Of a stretch of DNA of 64,000 bases, positions 1 through 14,220 are shown piece by piece (position 1 is the first letter of the stretch; every line of letters starts with the position of its first letter). This DNA is from Balanoglossus misakiensis (Eukaryota > Animalia > Hemichordata). The translations under genes and the position numbers were made by a program. A model generated the notes under the pieces. The model was not told where the DNA came from. It was given only the letters and a program-made list of their open reading frames with translations, and made no database searches. Location: the NCBI GenBank assembly GCA_040954595.2, contig CM082578.2, positions 2,958,831 to 3,022,830 of the forward strand, given 5' to 3'.

Positions 1-299
1 TACAATGTTGTTTCATTAGTCACTAGCACTGGGGTCACTCATAAGGAGACTAAACTATCAAAAATACAACGGGGAAGCCATGATTTTTAAACATACACAA
101 GTGATGCAATGTTGATTAGGGTCACACTTACACATAACAATGTGTACCTTCTTATTCTAATTTGTTGTGTGCAGAGTTCCTACTCTTAATTGTTGCAAAA
201 CTATCCCTTGTGTCTGTGTCCACATCAGGACACAAGTTCCTTTCTTTTATTGACTGTTCACATTTATCAACTCACATATTTCATATGTATGTATGTATT

Positions 300-1960
300 C
301 CAAATGAATTCCAAATCTTGTAAACTTGACCCAATCCCGACTTCTTTGCTGAAAATGTGCCTTCCATATACATCAACACGTATCACAGACATAGTAAATA
401 AGTCATTTATTTCTGGTGTTTTTCCACAGTGTCTAAAACATGCCATAGTTAGACCTTTACTGAAGAAGCCTGGATTGGATCAAGATAAATTGAAAAATTA
501 TCGACCTGTATCAAATCTTTCGTTTATTGGTAAAGTCATTGAAAGGATAGCAGTAGATCAACTACATCATCATTTAAAAATGTCTCAGCTGTATTGCAAA
601 TTTCAATCTGCTTATCGAGAATTCCATAGCACAGAAACGGCTTTGCTAAAGGTACATAACGACATTGTAATTTCTATCGATAGTCATTCAGAAGTGATTC
701 TTGTTCTTTTAGACTTGAGTGCTGCGTTTGATACCATTGACCATGACATTCTTTTGAGGAGGTTGGAGACTCGCTTTGGCGTCAAAGAACAAGTACTGGA
801 GTGGTTTGCGTCATACCTAAACGGACATACTCAGAGTGTAATGATTAATGGCGTCTCTTCTGAACCGCGTGAACTTTTATATGGAGTTCCACAAGGCAGT
901 GTGTTGGGGCCGTTATTATTTACACTATATTGTGCGCCCCTTGAGGACATCATGGAAAAACACTTAATAAGCTCTATGATGTATGCTGATGATACACAAG
1001 TTTACTTAACCTGCAAGCGAGCAGATCATTCAAAGTTGCAGATTGAATCTTGCGTGGACGAGATTCGTAAATGGATGGCCGTGAACAAGCTTGTTTTAAA
1101 TGACACACTAAGACAGAATTAATTCATTGTCATTCGAAATTCAGACCCTTTACACCGCTACCCGAACTAAGTGTCGGTACAGACCTAATCACCCCTTCAG
1201 CCGTTGTCAGAGACCTTTGCTTTTATTTTGACAGTGATGTTTTAGCTCAAACTCAAATTATACAAGTCTGTAAGTCAGCCTCGTTTGTTTTAAATCGCAT
1301 AGGTCGTATCCGTAACGTTTTAGATAGAAAAACTACTGAAAGATTAATTCACGCCTTCATAACATCACTACTGTAATAGCTTGTACATTCATCTTCCCGA
1401 GTATCTCATTAACCGGTTACAACGCATACAGAACTCAGCTGCTCGTTTGGTAACTCGTACTAAAAAATCCGAACACATCACGCCGGTCCTTCAAGAGTTA
1501 CACTGGCTCCCTGTCATCCATCGAATATATTTCAAAGTTCTTATTCTTACATACAAATGTCTTTGTGGCCAAGCGCCAACCTATCTGTCAGATCTTCTTG
1601 TTGTTTTCAAGCCATGTAGATTGACGCGTTCTGCGAATGCCACAAAACTTGTTGAGCCTCGTTTTAACCAGGAGCATTATAGTAAAATAACTTTTTCGGC
1701 AGCTGCTCCCAGGCTATGGAATTCCCTTGACGCTTCAATTAGAAATGCACCTTCCCTGTCTTCTTTTAAATCCCAACTTAAAACCCATCTTTTTATGAAA
1801 GCATTCATACACTAATTCTTTTACATATTTTACAACTTTTATATACCCTTTTTAGCTTGTATTATTACTTAGTGTACTTTTTATCATGTTGTAAAGCTCA
1901 TTGAGATTTTATTCCATTATGTAATGCGCTATATAAGAAATAAATATTATTATTATTATT
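300..1960 (+). mobile_element. 5'-truncated L2/CR1-group LINE (RT plus 3' end), disrupted
   Basis: ORF 190-1122 has RT motifs NYRPVSNL, LDLSAAFDTIDH, GVPQGSVLGP, YADD. ORF 1381-1815 has the L2-type C-terminus (LQRIQNSAARL, LHWLP, FKSQLKTHLF). It ends with AATAAA and a (TAT)n tail at ~1938-1960. Confidence 0.9.
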
Positions 1961-1992
1961 TCTCTATGTATAAAAACTGTTGTTCATGTTAA

Positions 1993-2342
1993 AGGAACAA
2001 AGTTTCTCTCTCTCTCGCTGGCCCTTTTCCTATAATTATATTTCGTAAAACACACCATTTATGTTATTCTGCATGTGGATATATAGTGAACCAATGTTCA
2101 ACACCACAAAACTTCCACCCTGTTTCTATTATACAAGAGTAAAAATTTGCCACAATGAATACACAGTACAGACTCATTATTCATTTCAGTAATTTCCCCT
2201 CTCTCATGTCCACAAGTGTCATAAAAGTTGTGTATGGTCTAACATTAATTCACTATATATCTACATGTAGAATTACATAAACAGTGTTTTGTATAAAAAA
2301 TAATTAATGTGAAAAGGGCAGCAAGAGAGAGACTTTGTCCCT
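1993..2342. mobile_element. TTAA-flanked palindromic MITE, family A copy 1 (Kolobok/T2-type)
   Basis: TTAA at 1989-1992 and 2343-2346. TIRs AGGAACAAAGT.../...ACTTTGTCCCT. Similar copies at 4493-4839 and 57107-57464. Confidence 0.85.
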
Positions 2343-2422
2343 TTAACTTCAACTTACCTTTATTCTCAGCAACTTAAATACACACCCTTAACATTCACTA
2401 CACATTCATACTATTACAGTCT

Positions 2423-3493
2423 ATGTTTCCAGCTCCTTCCATCAAACGAAGAATGCTACAAATCCACAATCCAGCATCTGCAACAACAGCCACTGGGTAT
2501 CACGGTCCACAACTTGCATCAGACAGGCACAAGACTCACCGGACAACTGCAAACAAACACCAATACATAAATCACATTCGTATCATTTTTGGGGCAAAAA
2601 CATTACGACTCTCTCAATATTGCAGCTACACAGAAACTGCCCATACTCTCTATAAAAATGCAACCATGCTTTAACAAAATTGACGAATATGAGATCAAAC
2701 TGCAAATGAACACAACCATCAAAATCATTAATACATGTACATTCCATTATTCTCAGCAACCAAACCATCACTCCCCTAAATACAGTCCACATGAAAAAAG
2801 ATTATGAACACGTCAACATAACTGCACACATCATACAACAGGACAATATTCAGTATGGATTAAAAGCAACATAATTTCCGATAACACAGCAGCCATTCGA
2901 TTATTGGCTTGGGAGCCATGTAGCAACACTCTACACATCAACACATCCTACAGTTTCCATGAACTCACAGTCAGATCTTACCTCTGCCAAAAAAAGTTAT
3001 CCACAAACACAAACAAACACAAAAATCACACCAACTACAACACTGGAAAACTACGTCACTCACTACAACGACCCCAACACAAACACCCTCATCACCAAAC
3101 CACACCTCTGCTCATTCAAAAAAACCACTCGCATGCATTAAACCAAACTGCATCCACACCATATATTACCCCAAGGACGCACTTCCCACACTTATCACAG
3201 GCGCCAAATGCCACTCTTCACAACACACAGCAAATGTGCCAATACAATTCACCGGATCAATAACTGTAAAACACAATGATGAATTCCTGGACCTATACTT
3301 CAACAAAAACACACTCACAGCATACATATCTACACTGAACCCCCAACATTACGGCCAACCACAAGGAAACTCACTCATACTCCTTACTTCTGACAACATA
3401 GAATCCACCTTCCTGACTGAAACTCGTGACTTTTCCATTACATATGACATCAACAGCCGTGTCATCACATCATTCACCCTTCAATCACAATAG
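2423..3493 (+). pseudogene. Decayed RPA70-like multi-OB-fold ssDNA-binding protein with Zn ribbon
   Basis: Stitching frames gives ATGY-VHNL...GQLQT..ITFVSF...KLPI (OB1), then VNITAHII...IISDNTAAIRLLAWE...TSYSFHELTVRSY (OB2), then LACIKPNC...IT(G)AKC...FTGSITV...LYF (OB3 with Zn ribbon). Several frameshifts and stops. Confidence 0.6.
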
Positions 3494-4492
3494 TTATCCT
3501 ACTCTGTTCAACTTCCGCTACACTTGTCCACTTCAGCTCGTATATTTTGTAACACCCTCACCTCAGCATCCATCCTTCCATATGTACCTGTATTTTTGTC
3601 GCACAAAAACTCCTCTGGACAATTTATCAGTTCAAAAAGGAGTTAATAATATAATAATAATAATTTATTCAGTACCAATGGCCACCGGCCAAACTGTACA
3701 AAAAATCCAAATATTACAGGTATTTGACGCTAGTACGGTATGAAAAAAAATAGATGCACTGTCACAATTCTGGAAATGGAAAGACAGAGCCATAATAAAC
3801 TATACATGTATATTGTTCAAATTATCATGTCTACGTTTTGTTGCATAGAATATGTATCTGCTGAGATTACGAACAGTTTCTACTTTCTCTGAAGAAAGAA
3901 GTAGTGTAAATTTATACAGAACAGGGGGGTTGTGAAAATAGTCTGGAATATATTTGACTCTCAAATCAGAGTACTTTGGACAAACTAACAAAAAATGGAA
4001 TTCGTCTTCGACATATTTCAAAGAACACAAATCACACAGTCTGTCACGGCGTGGAATATTACTCCATCGTCCGGTCTCTACCTTTAAATAGTGAGCAGAG
4101 ACTCTAAATTTGCATAGGGCTAGCCTGAATACAGGTTTCTCAATCTGTAACAAATATGGTTCTACACGGAGTTCTTTTTTAAAAGTTGAATAGGTTTCCA
4201 AACTTCAAGAGTGACTCAAATTTTCAGTCCATGACTGAACATCAATATCAACACATCTTTGTTTGAAAGTCTTTAAAAACATAGCTTCATTTCCAACACC
4301 TTGGTTTTCCCATACTTCACCAAAACCATAACTCTGTAGCAAAAAGCGTACATTTTTTGCCCAAAACTTATAACGTGTAACATCAATATTACAAAGCTGA
4401 AATTCATAGCATTTATATACAATTCTATTTTTATCCATTTTCAAAATACGGAGCCAATATTTGACAATTTTACAATAAATATGCACCCTTAA

Positions 4493-4839
4493 AGGGACAA
4501 AGTCTCTCTCCAGCTGCCCCTTTTTCATTAATTATGTTTGATACAAGACACTGGTTATGTTAATGTAAATGTGGATATATAGTGAATCAATGATCAACCA
4601 CACAAAATTTCCATCCCACTTGTATGATATGAGAGTAAAAACTCGCCCAAAATGAATAAATGGTAAAGAACGATTATTCATTCTGGCGAGTTTTTTCACT
4701 CTCCTGTCTATAAGAGGGATGGAAGTTGTGTGTGGTTGAACGTTCATTCACTATATATCCACATGTAGAATAACAAACGGTGTCTTGTATCAAACATAAT
4801 AATGGAAAAAGGGCAGCGAGAGAGAGAGACTTTGTCCCT
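4493..4839. mobile_element. TTAA MITE family A copy 2, inserted in LINE ORF2
   Basis: TIR AGGGACAAAGTCTCTCT. Flanks are TTAA and TTTA. Removing it restores GRVT-LRVHIY in the LINE. Confidence 0.9.
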
Positions 4840-5547
4840 TTTAGGTAACTCTACCTAATTCGCCTCTCATGGCTGCTACTGAAGTATTTTTATACAGTTT
4901 TAAAGCATAACGCATCATTTTGTTGTGAAGCTTCTCAATGTCATGAGCTGGGTGGAAGCCCCAGATTTCTGAACCATACAGTAAAATTGGAATAATTTTA
5001 GCATCAAACAATTTCCACACAATGTCCACTGGCAAAGTGCCAAATTTGTGTAAACAATTTGTGAGAATATAAAGAGCTCTATTGGCTTGCTCACTGAGTG
5101 CTTTTTGAGCTTGGAACCATTGACCGGTCAAGGAAAAAACTACACCAAGATACCCATGAAATGAGGTTACTGATACCTGCTTACCATTATAAAACCATTT
5201 TTCATACTTTCTTAGTCCCCCACCCCTCCTGAAAACGATAACTTTGGTTTTATCCATATTTACTGTGAGTTTCCATTTACAACAATATTCATACATTTGG
5301 TTAAATAAACGTTGTAAACCTATCCTAGAAGAACTCACAAGAGCTAGGTCATCAGCAAATAAAAGGTAGATAATTTTTATAATGCCAATTTGACAGCCGG
5401 AAAATTGGTAAGTACTACTCAATGTTTCACCAAGGTCATTCACAAACATATTGAATAAAAGAGGTGACAAAACAGAGCCTTGTTGTGCACCACAACTACA
5501 TTCGAAAAAGTTAGTTATACCTTTCTGAGTTCGCACACAGGCTTTAA

Positions 5548-6139
5548 AGCCCCAGTATTTCTCATGTGTATCCATTTTTCATCATCGAAAAATGCCCGTT
5601 TTTCCTGTACATTCATCATGGAATACTACATAATGAAGATAGAAGAAAGGTTTGGGCAACTGTAGCTACATGCAAGCTGTAAATATTGCCCGTAACACTT
5701 GAAATGATGCGCGGGTTTGTTTACAACGGAAATGTTGTACATGTCGATCAGCAAACGTGCCACTTTGACATTTGATGATCAGACCATTTTCGGATTTGAT
5801 CTGGTTCCATCGACTGATTTCTCCCATAAAGTTATCTTCCCAAAATTTCGCCGAATTAGTGCGCATTTCTTCGCTGAGTCGCTTGATTTGGGGCGACCAA
5901 ACCTCTTCCGCATAGATTCACATTGGAGTGCGCATGCGCACAAGTCACGTGTGTCAACAGAGCCTGACTTTCTGTCCGGACAGAAAGTCATTCTTCACTC
6001 GTTATATTGTAAATTGTATGAGTTTATGAGCAGAGCTGGGGATGATGACTGTTCGATTCAGTATCAATTATCATCTACTTTTAGAAATTATAGATGCCGT
6101 TTCAAACTAAATTTTGCCCCTACGAGAAATACTGAGGCT
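5548..6139. mobile_element. TTAA MITE family B (Kolobok-type), inserted in LINE RT
   Basis: TTAA at 5544-5547 and 6140-6143. TIRs AGCCCCAGTATTTCTC / GAGAAATACTGAGGCT. Removing it restores QNVK-ACVRT. Confidence 0.9.
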
Positions 6140-6939
6140 TTAACATTTTGGTACATTGAAAAGATGACATTGTATACTTTACTTCTAATTCCACATTTGA
6201 GTAACTTGTAAAAAAGACAGTAGTGGTCAATACGGTCAAATGCCTTCTCAAAATCAATAAAGGCAATGTACACTCTCCCCTTTTGGTGTGCTAAATAGTT
6301 AGAAATAATTGTATAAAGTATAAATACATTGTCAGATGTACAATAAAATTTGCGGAAGCCTGCCTGTTCATCAACAATTGGATGGTTTTCTTCAAGCCAT
6401 CTGTGGAGTCTACAATCAAGTATGCTGCAAATTTTTTTACCCATTACCGGGAGCAGTGTGATACCTCTAAAATTTTCCGCACAATCATTAGCACCTTTCT
6501 TGTGAATTGGAGCAATGACACCTGTTGCCCAAGCAGCAGGAAAGTTTCCAGAATCCAATACAGCATTAAAAAGTTTACATAGCAATTCTATAACAATAGG
6601 TGGGCATGCTTTGAATATGTCAGGTGTTACACCGTCAATCCCATGTGCTTTGCCACATTTGAGTTTGTCAATACACACAACAATTTCATCAATAACAATA
6701 GGTGCATTTAAACTGTCCAAAGTGTACAGAATGTCATCACTGTTTTCTACATTATCAACAAAATTGGAAATACTCTCATAAAAAGTTTTAAATTCTTCAC
6801 TTTCCAGACCTGGAGTATTAAGAAGTACATTGAAATAATTGAACCAGTCATCACTTTGAATGTCTCCAGACGGGAGAGTTGATTTTGTTTTAACTAATGA
6901 CCAAAATTTCTTAGAATTTGTCTGTACTGCTTGCAATGC

Positions 6940-7325
6940 GTAGCCGTAGCCTAACCGGGTCGAGTCGTTTTTTTTTTCATAATCGCATCTCCCCTAGATG
7001 ATAAGGTATACATGTACGTTTATTTTGAAGGATACGGGGGATACAGAGTTGTACCCAGGCTGACACAGCAAAGCCGTTTAGATCACAGGCATGTATGGTT
7101 GCAATTCAACCACTGCAATGTACAGTCTTGCAAACGAAATGGGTTCCTCTTGTGACGTCACGGAAATGGGCGTGGCCAAAACAGAACTTTTTTCTCAGGC
7201 CCTGAACATTTTTAAATTTAACATTTATTTATCCATATGAAATAAGTAAAAGGACACCAGCATTTAACACACAAGCCCAATTATTATTTATCCTCAAAAG
7301 TGTGTTTCGAGGTAAGATAGGCTCT
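6940..7325. mobile_element. One-ended TTAA-type DNA element fragment inside the LINE
   Basis: Non-LINE sequence ending ...GATAGGCTCT followed by TTAA (7326-7329). No matching left TIR. About 40 LINE codons are missing here compared with the ORF at 38577. Confidence 0.5.
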
Positions 7326-8870
7326 TTAAGCCTGGAATTTACAGTACGCTTAAATCGCTTACAATCGCTATCATACCATGACTTTTCAATGGGTACAACA
7401 GTACTCTGAAATTGTGAGGAACACCGTTGTTTACGTTTCATTCCATCAGCAGCAGTTTTTATCATTACCAGCAGGCAGCCAGCTGCCTGATCAATATTCA
7501 TATTGTCAACAAGTGAATAAAAATCTACAATGAGGTTTCTAGCTTCAAGAGACTCCCAATATTCCAAAAACGACTCTCTTTTGTCATCTGCCCAAATAAA
7601 TCTATCAAGTTGGGGCAATACTGGAGAAGTGTTTACATTTGATGCCACAGTATTCTGAATATTATTACAATGGGGATCAGTAACAATGTCAAATACAAGA
7701 GGTTGATGGTCAGACTATGCTCTGTTGCCAACATAAAACTGGGTAATATTTAAAAAGTTACATGACTGTGTTAATAGGTAATCGATAACACTACATCCTG
7801 AGTTGCTTATAAAAGTAAAGTTGTCACTACCCATGTCTTTATAAAGTCTTCCATTAACAATTCGTAGTTCAGTACATTTACAACATTCCAAAAATATTCT
7901 ACCAGTGGTGTTTACAATAACATCTTTAGAAGACCGTAAGGGAATATTAGCTCCACAATTAGAAAGAAATGACCTTTCACGAAATGCAAATATGCTGATA
8001 TTATCATTGTCGATATAGTCAGCCTCGTTCGAAGTGCGTGCATTAAAATCACCACAAGCATAAATACAAGAATTTTGAAACTGGCTGCTGTACTGTGAAA
8101 ATTCTTGCTCGAAAATTTCAAGAGTACACTCAGAACCACTAGACTCATCCTCATCAGGGGGATTGTAAACAACAGCAAATATAATGGCTGGAGAAGGATC
8201 TCTTTCATTATTATAGAAAAACACCCACACAATGTTATCAGAAGTACTAGGTACATATTTCACAATAAATGGGAGTGAAGATTTATAGAAAACAATTATT
8301 CCTCCAGGAATTCTCCCATATTTAGATTTTTTCACACCTGCCTTTTGAAACGATTGAAAACCATCAATAGTACAATGGAAATCCTGTTTTATCCAGGTTT
8401 CAACAAGACAAACTATGTCAAAATTCTGGAGTTATGAAATAAAGTCAAGGGCACATAATTTTGCAAGTAAACCATGAATGTTCCAGAAGATACAATGCAA
8501 GTTCAAACATTTCAAACCATTAGATTCAATGACTATATCAGAAGTGGACGACTCGCCTGTAATTGTGTTGTTCGGGCCTCGGCCTTCGCGTTATCTTGCG
8601 GGGTAGCTATTTCTCGGTGCTGGGCGAATATCATCACTTGCACTATCATACACGTACATTGTCCCGTCAATCTTCAGTTTATCAAACGACAAGAACGCTC
8701 TCTTCCCTTGGGCTCGATCTGCCTCTAAATGTCGTCCCAACTTCCGTCTGATGTCGCGAACTCTGCGGGTAAAGTCTTCTGATATGCGAAAGTCCGTGCC
8801 TTTGAGTTTCTTAGCTGCCTGGAACACCTGCTGTCTTTGCTGGTATCGGGAGAATTTAATTGTTTTCCAG

Positions 8871-11800
8871 AGAAATGTATGAGGCTAAAAAGTGGCGGCT
8901 AAATCAAAGGTTCCACACACCTATGGTTGAAGTCAACAGTGAAATTTATTTCATTAAGGACTTCGTGTGGTTTGATCATGAGGACTCCCAGCAGCTTGGT
9001 TATCTGTCATCTATATATGTAGAGGTGAGTTCTTTTTTTGTTGAAATAGTTCCGTATTGAACAACAATAGTGCTTCACAAAAATGATTGTGCCTGTAACA
9101 TACAAGGTGTTAGTATTTTACACATTGCTTTTTTTACTTATTTTAGGGAACACAAACAGAATGTGGTAATTCTCAACCAGATGTACTTGTCAAGTTGATA
9201 GTTTGCACACTTTCTGGTGACAAAGTTTGTCACACGGACAAAGTAGTTACAGCAACGAGTGACAGGTTGAGAGGCCCATTCACAGGCAGGTTGGACCATA
9301 AAACTGTAGGTTGGAAGCTAACAGATGCTGGATTGAGACGACTTTCCAGTGAGGTAGTACAATGCAGACTTTGCTATAATTAATCAATAACCCTCACCAA
9401 TAGTAGGTATACCATGAGATATAGCACAATTGACAACATATATGCATGAGCTGTAGCCAGCCGGGTGCATATATGGATTGTGAATTGTGCAATATCTCGT
9501 CGTACACACACCCTCCCGGGTTATTGCTAGTATATCTACTTCATTTTGTTACTTTATTGTCACATTAAGAATGAGCCAATGAACAGTTAAATGAAATGGG
9601 CCACAGAACACATTGAAGCATTTTACCCTTATCCAGAAATAATCAAGGATCTCCTAAACCTTTGTGGTAACATGCATGTGATCTCGCTTGACACTTAAAA
9701 AAAAAAAACCCACTGATTGTTAAACTTTTCACATTTTTTCCAGTTTACAAAAGAAGTTGTTGACGGTCACCCAGTGAAGAAAGTAGCAGAAAACCTTGGT
9801 AAGAAGGTGATGACAGTCCCAGTCATTCTATTTTCTGATGATGTAGGCAGTACCAGTACTAGGAAGTGGAGCCCTCTTAGCGTTTGGTGTCTGTTACTAG
9901 GCGGTCTTCCAAAGGAGGAAAATAACAAACTAGACAACATTTCATTCATCAATGGATCCACTGTAGTTAATGCGATGGAATTGACCAGGCCTATAGTTAC
10001 AGAACTGAAAGTTCTAGAGAATGAAGGCGTAGTTATGTATCATGCCCATCTAAATACTGAAGTTATAGTGGTTTCACCGGTACTCCTTGTAAAGGCTGAC
10101 AATGTAAGGCAATCTGAAGCTGTAAACCATACTGGGGCATCATCTATCAAATTCTGTCAGCGATGCACAGTAAGTAACAATGAAAACTGATAAAATCAAA
10201 ACGCGAGGATATGTTGGGAAGATAACTGGAATTTTCTACCTTTAATGATTTTTTTTGGATAGAAATTTATGAAACTGCTTGTCATATTGCTGTAAAATTT
10301 GATGTGTATAATCTTAGGGGTGACCTCAGAAAACTATGTAATTTATATGATACGTAGGTATATTTGCTTTAATTTGCATCAGTGAATGGGTATGTTCGTG
10401 ATCATTGGTTAGATTTGACACACCTTTATGTATTTGTCTTTAAACTAGGCTTCTAGACATGACCCATGTATACAAGGAATGACACGGAATAAAAGTAACA
10501 CAAAGGCATGCATACATGATATCGAAGCTGCCGGTAATGTGAGGTGAGTTTGAAATCTACATATTATTTAGAGGTTATAAACGGGAAACGAGGGTATTTG
10601 ATTGCAGATATTAGCATATTTGGCGAGAATAAATCACCGAGAGAAACTTGTTCTGTTATTCCCAATTTTCTTTTGTGATATAAATGTTGCTTTTGGGATT
10701 TGGTATCAACAATGTGAAACCTGTATGTTGTGACACTGTGTTGCTTTGATTCATGCCTACAGGACAAGAAAATAAAATAAATTTTAAAGTACCTGACCTT
10801 TTCTTTCAGCAGAAAAGATCGATGATCAAAACATTTTATTTGCATTTTTATTTATTTTTTCAACAGTGAAAAGAAACAACTAAGAACTAAGTATGGAGTA
10901 AAGGAATCTGAGAATCCATTAATGGAGTTACAGTCCTTTGACAATGGCAGGCAAGTGAGGTTTATAACTATGTTTTTGTCTGCACCACATTTTTGCTTGA
11001 CAGCTGGAAATTTGAATGCCAACGTAACTGTGCCTGAGCGCGTCTGACATCATTTGATATAGAAGAATTGACATGAAATGCCTAGAGAAATGTTTAATTA
11101 AATTTGCCTTGCAATGATGTTTCAGATCGATTGCATATGAAAGACTTCATAACATCGAATTAGGCATAGTAAAAATATTTACTAACCTAACCTTTGATGT
11201 TATGACCCCTGACGACAAAGTACAAGTTGAACACAAGTTAAAGGTAAGTTTTGTATTCAAGGTTGTATTACATGTATTTCTCACACTTTGTATTTCTGTT
11301 TTTCCCAATTTAGAGGTGACCAAGCTATTTATATCCATGACTGACATACCTGGTATATAGTTTTCAGTGGTGTTATATTTGTGCATATCTGCTTGAACTA
11401 AAATCAATGAGAATTGATCATGCTGCTTCTCTTCCCAGGCCTGGGACTGGTCCCCATTTAAAAGGACATTACATCACACATTTGCCAGTAAATATCAGTC
11501 ATTTGCTGGCAGAGAGTTTAAATTATGGGCCCAGGTGGCGATGTTCATACTGGCTGGAATCATACCCAGCCAGTATTTGAAGCTATGGCATCTAATTGGT
11601 GAGGTAAGACAATCCCTACATTATTGAACACCTATTGCCTGGCCATGAGGGCCATAGCAGCCGTTTATTACCCCCGAGAGTCTGTGTGAAATATAGTCTG
11701 GCTCGCATTTCAATACCCCAACAAAAATGGATCTGGTTTCGATATTTTACGATGCTCTGTTGAGTTGGTTCCCCATAACACTGAATGCTCTACCGTAGTG

Positions 11801-14220
11801 TTCATGCAGAGTGATGATTTAGTGTGTTCTCAAAAATAGTTCTGGGGCACAGAGTGAAAATATATTCCATCGGCGAAAAATTCTGGATCATGTCTTCACT
11901 ACGACAGTATCACTTAATATATTAATATTTTTCTAGGTCTTTGTACTGGTTCACCAGGACTACGTGCAAGTGGATGAGGCAAATATCTCACGAATGAAAG
12001 GAATGATAGACAAACTAATAAACAACATCAAGACCCTCTTTCCTGCATCATTACGGAAACCAACGATCCACATGCTACTCCACTTGGTAGATGACATTGC
12101 TGACTATGGACCCTGTGGTTGCTTTGATACAGAAAGGTTAGGCTAACCATACATGTAGATTCAAGAGTGAAAGGAAAGGAGAAATAGCAGTTTTTTTCTA
12201 GAGGCAACATATGTTGCAATCCCAAACTTTTTGGAGAAACAAATAGCTCATGCTTTTTGCACACATTTAAAACATATAGCTTACAAAGTAAATTTACAGT
12301 ATTGCCAAAAATATCTGCAAGAATATGGATAACTTTACTTGCACACTATGTTATTTCCAGTCACACTCTCTTCAATCTTTCTGCTTTACTATAATGTAGA
12401 TGTGAGTCATTAATGGGTCAAGTACGACTGCAATACCTGTTCACCAATCACCATAACCCATCAAGGGACCTAGCACTGAACTTTGGTAAACTTCAGCAAA
12501 TGCGCTTCATTCTGAATGGGGGGTTTTGGAAAGAAGGTACATGTGTGGACTACAGGTACATTACAAACTATTATACTGATGAATATTTAGTTATTTTCAC
12601 AGGAAGAAATTAAACATACTTCACTTAAATTTTAACCACACACCAGGCGGTCATATTTTAAGTGGATTACCACTTTACTATTGAACTGGTTAAAACTAAC
12701 ACAGGTAATCTATTGAAGTGTGCTTACCCCAGTATATATAAACTTCAGTGAGAGTGCAACTGTATAGACTCGTTTTAGTTTGTAACTTTTGGAATATAGT
12801 GCCAACGGTTAATTTCATTGGACTTTAATTAATGCTTTTCAGGTGGGATACTGTAAATTAAGGACTTTTAAAAATAATGGCATCTAAATTATTGTTACAG
12901 ATGCTGTGGTGATGCCGTGAAGAGAATGAACTACAGACCTTAGGTTCAGAAATTTCTAAATGGACAACAGAACAAAGAAAAGGTCATGGCAGGCAGTTTG
13001 CGAAAGGTACTTGGAGCGTTGGAGGTTTGTTCTGTGTGTGTGTGTGTTTTTCCAAGGATGTGATTTACAAAGATTTTCATAACTTTTTTCATTTCATTGC
13101 TTGTATAGGTCAAATGCACCAGCAATAAGACCAATGGAGACAACCCCACATCGGACATTACAAGGTAAAATATATTCTTTCTCATACCATGCATTTGAAA
13201 GGAGAAATTTAATCTGGAATAAATTTCAATTATCAACAATAACAATGATGTCTGTAGAGCATATGTTGACAATGTAAATACTATACATGTACGTTACAAC
13301 CCGATTTGAAGAGTAGAATAAGATAGTGATGTTGATATCAGGAGCAAAATTAAAGATTTTCACTCATATTTCAGAGTCTTGGCTGCGCACAATGTTTCCG
13401 TCACGCCTGAAGATGACATTGTGGAATTCAAGTCAGTACAAGCTGAAAATGGTTTAGTCAATGGTGGCTCATTCCTGAGATTCACAAATTCAAGTGGAAC
13501 AAACGTATGTTAGTCACACTGTATGAGGTTTAGTTCTAACAAAACACAGTAAAGTATGCACAAAGACAGCAGAGTAGTGAAGGGTGATGTGCAGCAGTGT
13601 CTGAGTGCATGCTTTGCTAGATTTTCATAATAACCAACTGCCAAATACAGGCTTTGCATGTATGATAAAATATAATAAATACTGTTCTTGTAGTATTTGG
13701 ACCGGTACATTTTCAGAACCTTGACCATATCGCTTATTCTCTCTCCATTATCTTCATGTTTAGAAGAAATTAACTTTTTATTAGTTTGGTTGTAATTTGA
13801 ATAAGGACATTACACTACCCATCTTTTTTATCCGCACTGTGTTGTTTTGAGGATTTGTACCATAAAGACAAATGGTTTGATCCTTTAACCAAGCCTACAA
13901 ACACCTACTTAATATTTTTTTTTCTGTTTCAGTCCTATGGAAGTCTAACCACATGTGTCAGAATTACCGGTGGTGAGAAGAAACTGGACCTCTGTATTTT
14001 GCAGAGGTTGTCACCCTGCCAACCTGCACGATATGATAAGTTTAATTGTGAAATTTTCCGCTTCACAAACAACACTCATTTAATTTCCTCAAATCAAGTC
14101 AATAGTTTAGTTTCATTTGTTCACTGTTGTGAATATACTACCTGTCGTGTTAGAAAAGATGAATTTACCCATGAAAGTCTGTATAATTTTTACAGACTAA
14201 ATAGATTTTTTATCGGGTGA
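8871..14220 (+). pseudogene. 13-exon CACTA/EnSpm(CMC)-like DDE transposase; 5' exons missing, one nonsense codon
   Basis: Phase-compatible exons: 8871-9024, 9147-9353, 9744-10169, 10449-10543, 10867-10950, 11126-11243, 11439-11603, 11937-12136, 12400-12555, 12901-13006, 13109-13164, 13375-13504, 13933-14220. Motifs ILFSDD, KADN...FCQRC, ERLH..LG.VKY, GREFK..AQ, KPTIHMLLHL...YGP..F.TERCE. In-frame TAG at 12941. AATAAA at ~14287. Confidence 0.8.
9380..9535. repeat. Degenerate ~150-bp hairpin element in a transposase intron
   Basis: caataaccc...gagatatagcacaatt...catatatgca / tgcatatatg...aattgtgcaatatctc...gggttattg. Resembles the hairpins at 57756 and 59045. Confidence 0.6.

Larger units (their letters stand above)
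3644..8857 (-). mobile_element. RTEX-like LINE, 5'-truncated within ORF1, degraded and interrupted by three DNA-element insertions
   Basis: ORF1 end (ISEDFTRRVR, 8591-8827). APE (GDFNART, SVIDY, 7715-8335). RT (FIDFEKAFD, QGSVLSP, FADD). C-terminal CDLC...EDEFHFLLVC. AATAAA and (TTA)n tail at 3644-3670. Clearly related to the element at 30987-41537. Confidence 0.9.
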
